A stretch of 64,000 nucleotides of DNA from Candidatus Omnitrophota bacterium (GTDB lineage: Bacteria > Omnitrophota > Gorgyraeia > Aquiviventales > Aquiviventaceae). Shown here in pieces: positions 56,856 to 64,000 of the stretch. Each line of letters begins with the position of its first letter. The first letter of the stretch is position 1. The stretch is from positions 2,830 through 66,829 of the forward strand of contig JAHFGV010000010.1 of the NCBI GenBank assembly GCA_023247255.1, in the 5' to 3' direction. Made by a program: the position numbers and the translations under genes. The notes beneath the pieces were generated by a model, which worked only from the letters and a program-made list of their open reading frames with translations, was not told the origin of the DNA and ran no database searches.

Positions 56856-57707
56856 ATGGAGCCTAGCATCTTTGAATTCACGCACGTCAGTTTTGCGTAT
56901 CAAGGAATCCATCCCGCTCTCTCGGATGTGTCGCTTGAGATTCGATCCCGACAGCGACTCGCCTGCCTCGGGGCCAATGGCTCGGGGAAGTCCACTCTCC
57001 TCAAGCTCCTGGGAGGATTGCTCGTTGCCCAGCAGGGGGAGGTCCGGTTCTTGGGCCAGCCGCTCGCCGATGCAACGCTGCGCGATCCTGAGTTCAACCG
57101 CTTCTTTCGGACCAAAGTCGGCTTGGTGTTCCAGAATTCCCACGCGCAGCTTTTCTCCTCCACGGTCTGGGAGGAGATTGCGTTTGGGCCGCTCCAGCTC
57201 GGCCTGCCAAAGGCTACAGTGGAGCAGCGGGTTCAGGACCTCTTGCGTCTGTTGCGGATCGAACGGCTGCGCGATCGCTCTCCAGAGCAACTGAGTGGTG
57301 GGGAACAGAAGCGGCTCGCCATTGCCGCGGTGTTGGCGAGCAACCCGGACATCCTTCTGATGGATGAACCGACGGCCACGCTCGATCCCAGAAGCCGGTG
57401 GGAATTGGTCGATCTCGTGGTAGAGCTCCAGGCCATGGGCAAAACGGTCGTCACGGCCACCAACGACCTGGAGATTGTGCCACTGATCGCCGAAGAGCTC
57501 TACATCCTGGATGAGCGCAAGACGATTCTCGCGGCCGGAGCGACGCCAGTTCTCCTCGGCAATGAGGCGGTGCTCGAGCAGGCCAACCTGATCCACATCC
57601 ACACCCACACCCATCGGCAGACGCAGCACCGGCATTCCCATCAGCATCCGGCGATATTGCCTGAGCACCATCCTGGATCCAGCAGCGCACAGGACAGAAA
57701 ACCGTAA
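56856..57707 (+). CDS. cbiO: ECF transporter ATPase CbiO with His-rich C-terminal tail
   Basis: Walker A LGANGSGKST, signature LSGGEQKRLAIA, Walker B LLMDEP. Tail HIHTHTHRQTQHRHSHQHPAILPEHHPG. Confidence 0.85.
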   Translation: MEPSIFEFTHVSFAYQGIHPALSDVSLEIRSRQRLACLGANGSGKSTLLKLLGGLLVAQQGEVRFLGQPLADATLRDPEFNRFFRTKVGLVFQNSHAQLFSSTVWEEIAFGPLQLGLPKATVEQRVQDLLRLLRIERLRDRSPEQLSGGEQKRLAIAAVLASNPDILLMDEPTATLDPRSRWELVDLVVELQAMGKTVVTATNDLEIVPLIAEELYILDERKTILAAGATPVLLGNEAVLEQANLIHIHTHTHRQTQHRHSHQHPAILPEHHPGSSSAQDRKP

Positions 57708-57729
57708 TATTTTTTTGGAATAGGGTGTT

Positions 57730-57985
57730 ACTGATTTAATAACTGAGCTTTTGCAAAATGCATCGAGATTAGTGGCAGTGCTCACGTCTGTTTCATGAGT
57801 CATGTGTTATGTGTCATGAAAAAGCAGAAAATAAACAGGCATATCAGGCATGGCCAAAGTGCTCTTTTTGCTTTCCATGAGTCATGACACATGAAACATG
57901 ACACAGACGTGAGTAGTGGATCTTAGGAACATGACACAACACTCGGTCAACGCGTTGGCTATTTTTGCAAAAGCCCAGTTATGAT
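57730..57985. repeat. Composite palindromic repeat, copy 5 (modules C-rev, B, partial C, A-rev)
   Basis: GCAAAATGCATCGAGATTAGTGGCAGTGCTCACGTCTG, then the CATGACACA palindrome block, then ...CAACACTCGGTCAACGCGTTGGCTATTTTTGCAAAAGCCCAGTT. Confidence 0.7.
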
Positions 57986-58222
57986 TAAGGAGCTCGCCGC
58001 GCTTGTCGGCGTGAGTCAGGCGATGATCGACTGGGAACTTGGGAACTCAGGAACGTGAAGCCAACAGGGAAAGGAATCAAGGGATTGAAAGAGGTGTTGA
58101 ATCTCGGCGCTCCATAGGATTTACTTGTTGCATTGCGAATCGGACGTCTCCCATTCCCGTTCCCGTTGACTTGTCAGGCTTGACGAATCAAGCGTCGCCT
58201 TGTAAGATGGCCTTAAGTAGCT

Positions 58223-58654
58223 ATGGCTAAACATCGAAGCGTAAGACGGCTCAAAGCAGTTTCTGCGCGGACGGCAATTGTCGTTAGCTTTGCCTTTTTG
58301 ACGGCTACCAACTATTGCAGCCTGGAAGCATTCGCAGAGCAGGTTGAAAGTTCCCACCATCACGAAGAGGCTGCGCCTCATTCCCACGATGAAGGGTCCT
58401 CGATACCAGGCCATGACCAAGACTCCTGTTGCGCGACTCTTCAGGTAATTGTTACTCCAACCATACGCCTTCATCTCGTTCATCCCAGCACAGTGGCGTT
58501 GCCGTTCTTGGCTCTGTCTACCTCGAGGACAACGACAGTCACTGACGTCGCTCATGTTGCCAGCGGCCTAAGTCCTCCCGCACGAGAACCGACGACCCTA
58601 CCGTTCTACCGCACGACGTTTGCCAGCCACGCTCCGCCGATTCGTCTCGCCTAG
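58223..58654 (+). CDS. Hypothetical secreted protein with His-rich segment (SSHHHEEAAPHSHDEG)
   Basis: Signal peptide. TTGACG-N17-TAAGAT promoter 30 nt upstream. Confidence 0.4.
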   Translation: MAKHRSVRRLKAVSARTAIVVSFAFLTATNYCSLEAFAEQVESSHHHEEAAPHSHDEGSSIPGHDQDSCCATLQVIVTPTIRLHLVHPSTVALPFLALSTSRTTTVTDVAHVASGLSPPAREPTTLPFYRTTFASHAPPIRLA

Positions 58655-58759
58655 ACTGACGCTCTAGCTCGTCGAGCGTCACGTTGCGTAGTCCCTCGTT
58701 TTACCTAACGAAGTGTCATTTTGCTCAAAGTCTATCGTGGATGAGTAGGCCGGATCGCT

Positions 58760-60217
58760 ATGCTGGATAAGACCTCTTTTATTATTCCTGCCATTTTCAG
58801 CACGAGCTTGATCGCTGGCTGTGCATCCGTGCCCTCCAAAGGAGGATTCGCGGATGTACAGCGGATGATTGGACAGCGCACAGGGCTGAGCGTGCACTGG
58901 GACCAGGGCAAACCTGAGGACCGTGCCGTGAAAGACCATCTTCAATCTCTCTTACAGCAGCCCTTGACAGCCGAGGTTGCTGTCCAGATCGCGCTGCTCA
59001 ACAATCGTGCGTTACAGGCGATCTATGAAGAACTCGGGATCTCCCAGGCTGATTGGGTGCAAGCCGGCCTGCTGCAGAACCCTGTCTTTCTCGGAAGCTG
59101 GCGGACCTCAAGCCATACCTCCGTGCTCAATAGTGAATACGCCCTTGCGCAGAACTTCTTTGACATTTTTTTCCTGCCGCTGCGAAAGAAACTGGCCGCT
59201 GCACAGTTTGAGCAAGCCAAGCTGCGTGTGAGCGATGCGGTTTTTGGATTCAGCGTGCAGGTGCGCTCGACCTACTACACTCTACAAGGAGCCGAGCAAG
59301 TCCATGCCATGCGGCAGACGGTGATGCAGGCGGCAGAGGCAGCCAGAGAGCTGGCGGAACGTCAACATGAGGCGGGCAACATCAACGACCTTGAACTGGC
59401 AACTCAGCAGGGCGCGTTCCAACAGGCGAGGCTAGAGCTGGCTCAGAGCGAGGTTACGATGCAGCTTGCGCGGGAACGATTCCACCAGCTGCTGGGGTTT
59501 GCAGAGGCGCCGATTACCTGGCGCGTGGTGGAGCAGTTGCCAGCCCTGCCATCGGTCGATCCCGCTATAGACGACCTGGAAGCACTCGCCCTGTCACAGC
59601 GGCTCGACCTAGCCGCTGCTCGGAAGAGTTTGGACATCCTCGCACGAGCAAGAACCATCACTCGGTTCGGGATCGTGCCAGCGGTCAACGTCGGGGTTGA
59701 TACTGAACACGACCTTGATCACGCCTGGGTGACCGGGCCCACTGTGGATGTGGAAGTCCCCATTTTCGATCAACGGCAAGTCGCCAGAGTTCGCGCCAAC
59801 GCGCAACTGCGCCAAGCTCAGCAGCAGCTATCCGCCTTGGAGGCTGAGATTCGCTCTGCGGTGCGTGTAGACATCACGCGGCTAAAAGCAGCTCGTCAGA
59901 CCGTGGAGTTGTATCAGCAGGATCTCATCCCCGTGCGTGAGCGCATCGTGACGGAGACCCAAAAACACGTCAACTACATGTTGTTGGGCGTCTTCCAACT
60001 TCTGCAAGCCAAGCGGGAGGAAGTGAATGCCTACCGGGAGTACCTCGAAGCCTTGCGGGATTACTGGATTGCGTTCGCAGAGTTAGAGCGTGCCGTGGGC
60101 GGAAAGCTTCAGATCCCTGAAGTGAGCGCGACCCCGGTTTCTTCATCCGTTCCGTCAGATGAAAAGAAGAACTCTGAGACGTCCCATCAGCACCATCACG
60201 GAGGTGATGCGCCATGA
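58760..60217 (+). CDS. TolC-family outer-membrane efflux lipoprotein (NodT/CusC-like)
   Basis: Lipobox LIAGC. Two OEP repeats with coiled-coil segments. 485 aa. Confidence 0.75.
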   Translation: MLDKTSFIIPAIFSTSLIAGCASVPSKGGFADVQRMIGQRTGLSVHWDQGKPEDRAVKDHLQSLLQQPLTAEVAVQIALLNNRALQAIYEELGISQADWVQAGLLQNPVFLGSWRTSSHTSVLNSEYALAQNFFDIFFLPLRKKLAAAQFEQAKLRVSDAVFGFSVQVRSTYYTLQGAEQVHAMRQTVMQAAEAARELAERQHEAGNINDLELATQQGAFQQARLELAQSEVTMQLARERFHQLLGFAEAPITWRVVEQLPALPSVDPAIDDLEALALSQRLDLAAARKSLDILARARTITRFGIVPAVNVGVDTEHDLDHAWVTGPTVDVEVPIFDQRQVARVRANAQLRQAQQQLSALEAEIRSAVRVDITRLKAARQTVELYQQDLIPVRERIVTETQKHVNYMLLGVFQLLQAKREEVNAYREYLEALRDYWIAFAELERAVGGKLQIPEVSATPVSSSVPSDEKKNSETSHQHHHGGDAP

Positions 60218-61617
60218 AGCGCGTTGGGGTATTGGGACTCATTGTGGCAGCGATAGCTGCAGGGCTGCTCTTGCTCCAAAGGGCTGCGCACAGCCAAGTG
60301 TCATCTGACCCACTCAATCCCAGAGACCTTCCTTACACGCCGGTTGTCACCCCCAACGGCTCCACCTTACCATGGAAGCTGGTCGATGGCGTCAAAGAGT
60401 TTCACCTGGTAGTGGAGGAGATCGAGTGGGAAATCGCGCCGGGCATGATCATCAAAGCCTGGGGTTACAATGGCCGAACGCCCGGCCCCACGATTGAGGC
60501 GGTGGAGGGCGATCGGGTGCGGATTTACGTGACGAACAAGCTCCCCGAGATGACCGCCGTCCACTGGCACGGGATCCTCTTGCCCAGCGGGATGGATGGA
60601 GTCGCCGGCTTAACCCAGCCAGGTATTCTCCCGGGAGAAACGTTCGCCTACGAGTTCACCCTGCGCCAGCACGGCACCCAGATGTACCACTCCCACGGCG
60701 ATGAGATGACGCAGATGGGGATGGGGTCGATGGGCTTCTTCATCATCCACCCCAAGAAGCAGGAACGTTACATTGACCGGGATTACGCCATTTTCCTAAA
60801 CGAATGGTTCGTGGAACCCGGCACCGCGACGCCCAACGTCAACATCATGACCGACTTCAACATCTTTACCTTCAACAGCCGCGCCTTCCCGGGGACTGCC
60901 CCCTTGGTGGCCAGGACCGGGGACCGGGTGCGCATTCGCATCGGCAACGTCGGCCAGGAGTCCCATCCGATCCATCTCCATGGCCACTCGTTCAAGATCG
61001 TTGCCACGGACGGTGGGGACATCCCCGAGTCAGCGCAGTGGCCAGAGACCACGGTGACGGTTTTTCCTGGCCAGACGCGGGACATCGAGTTCATCGCTAA
61101 CCCCGGCGACTGGGCGCTGCATTGTCATCGACGGCACCATCCGATGAACGCCATGGGTCATGAGATTCCTAATGTGTTAGGGGTCAGTCAAGCTGGCGTG
61201 GAAGGTAAGATCCAAGCACTCTTACCAGGATACATGGCCATGGGGGAGAACGGCATGGCGGAGCACGCAGAGCATGCCCAGCACATGCAGGGGCCATCCA
61301 ATACGCTGCCGATGATGGGTGGCGAAGGACCGTTTGGCAACGTCGGGATGGGCGGTATGTTTACGATTCTCAAGGTTCGGGATAATCTAAAAGAAGGTGA
61401 AGATCCTGGATGGTACCCCAACCCACCTGGAACGGTAGCCGCTCGGGTTTATGGTCCTGCCAAGTCCAAAGCAATCGGGTCGGTCACGTACGTCTGTCCC
61501 ATGCATCCCGATGTCCGTCAGGCACAACCGGGCTCATGCTCTAAATGTGGAATGACTTTGAAGCCACAGAAGGAAGATGCGGTAGAAGATGAGGTGGCAA
61601 TCAGCGATCTACGCTAG
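60214..61617 (+). CDS. Multicopper oxidase (CopA/CueO-like) with Met-rich segment and C-terminal YHCPMHP-type heavy-metal-binding motif
   Basis: Copper ligands HWHG, HSHG, HLHGH, HCHRRHH. Met-rich GGEGPFGNVGMGGMF. C-terminus YVCPMHPDVRQAQPGSCSKCGM. ATGA overlap with the TolC-like gene. Confidence 0.8.
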   Translation: MKRVGVLGLIVAAIAAGLLLLQRAAHSQVSSDPLNPRDLPYTPVVTPNGSTLPWKLVDGVKEFHLVVEEIEWEIAPGMIIKAWGYNGRTPGPTIEAVEGDRVRIYVTNKLPEMTAVHWHGILLPSGMDGVAGLTQPGILPGETFAYEFTLRQHGTQMYHSHGDEMTQMGMGSMGFFIIHPKKQERYIDRDYAIFLNEWFVEPGTATPNVNIMTDFNIFTFNSRAFPGTAPLVARTGDRVRIRIGNVGQESHPIHLHGHSFKIVATDGGDIPESAQWPETTVTVFPGQTRDIEFIANPGDWALHCHRRHHPMNAMGHEIPNVLGVSQAGVEGKIQALLPGYMAMGENGMAEHAEHAQHMQGPSNTLPMMGGEGPFGNVGMGGMFTILKVRDNLKEGEDPGWYPNPPGTVAARVYGPAKSKAIGSVTYVCPMHPDVRQAQPGSCSKCGMTLKPQKEDAVEDEVAISDLR

Positions 61618-61619
61618 AA

Positions 61620-61855
61620 CTGGGCTTTTGCAAAAATAGCCAACGCGTTGACCGAGTGTTGTGTCATGTGTCATGAAAAAGCAGAAAATAAACAGGTATC
61701 TCAAGCATAGCCAAAGTACGCCTTTTGCTTTCCATGACTCATGACACATAAAACATGAAACAGTCTTTCATGACATATAACACATGACTCATGAAACAGA
61801 CGTGAGTACTACCACTAATCTCGATGCATTTTGCAAGACCTCAGCTAGAAGATAC
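61620..61855. repeat. Composite palindromic repeat, copy 6 (modules A, B, C)
   Basis: AACTGGGCTTTTGCAAAAATAGCCAACGCGTTGACCGAGTGTTGTGTCATG, then the CATGACACA palindrome block, then GACGTGAGTACTACCACTAATCTCGATGCATTTTGCAAGACCTCAGCTAGAA. Confidence 0.7.
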
Positions 61856-61929
61856 CATGGAATCATCGGAGCATCACGGAGGGATTCATCATCACTAGGC
61901 CACGGTGGCCTGACGAGGAGGAAGGGAAG

Positions 61930-62331
61930 ATGAAGCACGTTTTACGAGGGATGGTAGCAACGCTGCTGTTTGTGAGTCCTGTGTCTGTGTGGGCCCAGGA
62001 GGAGCATAGGCATCACGATGATGATCACGCGCACGGCAAAGGCGTGCAAGAGATCACCCTTAAAGGGGAGTTGGTAGATTCGCTGTGCTATGTCGCCATG
62101 GCGGCAAAGGGCAAAGGACATAAGCAGTGCGCAATCGATTGCGCGAAGGCCGGCATTCCGATCAGTATGCTTGAAGACGGGACGGGCAAGCTGTACACCG
62201 TGCTGCCCAAAGAAGACAAAACCGGCTATCCCGAGAGCGTCATCCAGCACATGGGGGAGCGGGTGACCCTGAAAGGCGATCTGTATGAAAATGGGGGTAA
62301 TCGCTACGTGACCGTCGAATCGGTGGAATAA
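61930..62331 (+). CDS. Secreted His-rich hypothetical protein (HRHHDDDHAHGKG) with CxxxC pair
   Basis: Signal peptide VSPVSVWAQEE. Likely periplasmic metal-binding protein. Confidence 0.45.
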   Translation: MKHVLRGMVATLLFVSPVSVWAQEEHRHHDDDHAHGKGVQEITLKGELVDSLCYVAMAAKGKGHKQCAIDCAKAGIPISMLEDGTGKLYTVLPKEDKTGYPESVIQHMGERVTLKGDLYENGGNRYVTVESVE

Positions 62332-62336
62332 CGGCC

Positions 62337-62807
62337 ATGTTCTCTGGAGCGCAGCACCTGCAGAATCTCCATCCGTTAGTCGTTCACTTTCCCATCGCGT
62401 ATCTGTGCGGTGCTGCACTCTTTTATTTTGTGGCGTGGATGTTTAAGAGCGACGGGTTCGCGCAATCGGCGTTTTGGGTTCTTGTGATGGGAGCTCTGTC
62501 CCTTGCGGTTGCCGTGGCGAGCGGCCTCTACGCCGAGCAAGGCGTGATGCTGTCCCTCTCGGTTCGTGAGCATCTGCTCCAGCCGCACAAGACTGCCATG
62601 CTGGCGACGCTCGGGATCTGCACGATGCTGACTTTCTGGGCGATGCTGGCTCGGCCCTTTCCAAAGAAAGGGAGGCTCTTGTTTCTGTTCCTGTTGCTCG
62701 TGATGATCGGCGTGATGACGGTGGGAGCCGACTTTGGCGGGCGGATGGTATATGACTACAACGCCGGTGGCAATGCATGCCGCCAACCGATCCCGTTTAC
62801 CCAATAG
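62337..62807 (+). CDS. Membrane protein with conserved HPxVVHFPIA motif (4 TM)
   Basis: LHPLVVHFPIAYL near the N-terminus. A partial paralogue follows at 62814. Confidence 0.5.
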   Translation: MFSGAQHLQNLHPLVVHFPIAYLCGAALFYFVAWMFKSDGFAQSAFWVLVMGALSLAVAVASGLYAEQGVMLSLSVREHLLQPHKTAMLATLGICTMLTFWAMLARPFPKKGRLLFLFLLLVMIGVMTVGADFGGRMVYDYNAGGNACRQPIPFTQ

Positions 62808-62813
62808 GACAGC

Positions 62814-63421
62814 ATGGATTTTTCTTTGTTAGGACTTCAAGGATTGCGCCAGGTCTTCAACGGGCACCCGGTGTTCGTGCATTTTCCCATCGCGTGGTTC
62901 CCCAGTGCCCTACTGCTGTATAGCCTTGGGATCATCCTGAATGGGCGTTCCGCATGTGTGGCCGGTCGGGCCTGTCTGTGTCTGGCCGTGGCTGGCACAG
63001 TCGTCGCGGTTCTTACAGGACTCATGGCGCAAGACACGTTCCCGAATAACGAGCGGATCCATCACAGGATGCAGACTCACAGGTGATTGGCCCACTGGCG
63101 TTGCTGCTGGCTGGATGGAGTTTTTGGCACAAGGCACAGCAGCCCAACGTTCGATGCGGATTTCTGCTGGGACTATTATTGCTGACCGGCCGGGTCGTCC
63201 CAAACGCTGATCTCGGAGCGCGCCTGGTGTTCGTCGAAGGAGCAGGAGTCAAAGCGGCAGTCCCTCTAATGATTGAGGGGCACGATTATGGACATGATTC
63301 AGCCGAACACCCAGAGCGCCACGATCTGCCCGATCAGATTCCGCACCATGCGGAGTTCTTCGCATGGGATCGTTTTTTAATTGACAATCATTTGCTCGGC
63401 AATTACCATACCAACTGGTAG
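62814..63421 (+). pseudogene. Second HFPIA-motif membrane protein gene, apparently split by a frameshift into 62814-63086 and 63083-63421
   Basis: The N-terminal piece carries GHPVFVHFPIAWFPSALLLY. The downstream ORF in a different frame continues with TM segments. Could be a sequencing or authentic frameshift. Confidence 0.35.
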
Positions 63422-63423
63422 GT
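63408..63423. promoter_or_regulatory. Copy 3 of the TetR-associated palindrome ATACCAACTGGTAGGT, 3 nt upstream of the paralogous TetR start
   Basis: Identical 16-mer to 5728-5743. Preceded by TTGACA at 63381. Confidence 0.6.
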
Positions 63424-63425
63424 CA

Positions 63426-64000
63426 ATGATGAAGACTGCGCAACTTCACTCCCCCACAAAAGAACGACTGTTCGATGCTGCCCAGGCACTCATACTGGCG
63501 AAGGGGTTCGCTGCCACCACAGTTGATGAAATCTGCGGGGCGGCCAAGCTCACGAAGGGCAGCTTCTTCCACTATTTCGAGAGCAAGGACGAACTCGGTA
63601 AGACGGTTTTGGAGCGATTCTGTGCAAAGGGTAAGCAGATGTTGGAAGCGGTGTATGGCAACGAGCGTGATCCGCTCAAGCGAGTCTACCGTCAGATCGA
63701 GACGTTTGCGAAGATGTCGCAAGACCCCAACCTAAACAAGGGTTGTCTGCTGGGCTGTTTCGCCCAGGAGCTTTCTGACACGCATCCACAGATTCGGACG
63801 ATCTGCTGCCAAGAGTTTGGGGCATGGGCCGAGCGGTTCGGACAGGAGTTAGCGCGGGCGAAGGCCCAATACTCCCCGAAGGCGTCCTTCGATCCCCACG
63901 AATTGGCAGAGTATTTTATTGCTATCGTCGAAGGCTCCATGATCCTGGGAAAAGCGAAGCGAGATATGAAGGTTGTGGCACAGAACCTACGTCATTTCAA
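63426..64000 (+). CDS. TetR/AcrR family transcriptional regulator (paralogue of 5749-6354), 3' end beyond window
   Basis: MMKTAQLHSPTKERLFDAAQALILAKGFAATTVDEICGAAKLTKGSFFHYFESKDELG, about 70% identical to the first TetR over the HTH. Confidence 0.8.
   Translation, partial: MMKTAQLHSPTKERLFDAAQALILAKGFAATTVDEICGAAKLTKGSFFHYFESKDELGKTVLERFCAKGKQMLEAVYGNERDPLKRVYRQIETFAKMSQDPNLNKGCLLGCFAQELSDTHPQIRTICCQEFGAWAERFGQELARAKAQYSPKASFDPHELAEYFIAIVEGSMILGKAKRDMKVVAQNLRHF

Noticed and set aside
57451-57690. Minus-strand ORF opposite the His-rich tail of cbiO
   Set aside because: Antisense artefact. The plus-strand ABC ATPase motifs are unambiguous.

Overview
This is a 64-kb GC-rich (about 58-60%) bacterial chromosomal segment, apparently from a diderm organism: it encodes outer-membrane beta-barrel and TolC-like proteins. 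The backbone is housekeeping and stress genes. These are a 5'-truncated pstC-pstA-pstB-phoU operon, htpX, clpB, a class II ribonucleotide reductase (nrdJ) carrying an intein, dcd, ogg, pabB-pabC, purH, folC, trxB and a nikR-cbiMNQO Ni/Co ECF transporter. A copper/metal module (TolC-like lipoprotein, multicopper oxidase, His-rich periplasmic proteins) sits at the 3' end. Accessory material is dense. It comprises an IS1595-family element with a low-GC passenger ORF and an 8-bp target-site duplication, and a MITE-like element of about 630 bp with 23-bp terminal inverted repeats and a 5-bp duplication. A composite palindromic repeat family occurs in at least 6 copies. There are also a Y1 (IS200-like) transposase fused to a DnaA-C HTH, a DpnI-like methyl-dependent restriction enzyme and a DEDD exonuclease-WYL fusion. 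The most striking non-coding feature is a sequence on the minus strand (~17434-17540) that closely matches the c-di-GMP-I (GEMM) riboswitch core. It is followed by an intrinsic terminator and sits directly upstream of a three-gene operon of secreted low-complexity proteins: a thrombospondin-type-3 Ca-binding repeat protein and two paralogous Met/His/Gly/Glu-rich proteins. A second candidate system is a tightly coupled operon of two Ddl-like ATP-grasp ligases and a KamA-family radical-SAM 2,3-aminomutase, predicted to make a beta-amino-acid-containing peptide or solute. A conserved palindrome (ATACCAACTGGTAGGT) occurs three times next to two paralogous TetR genes. No tRNA or rRNA genes or CRISPR arrays were recognised.
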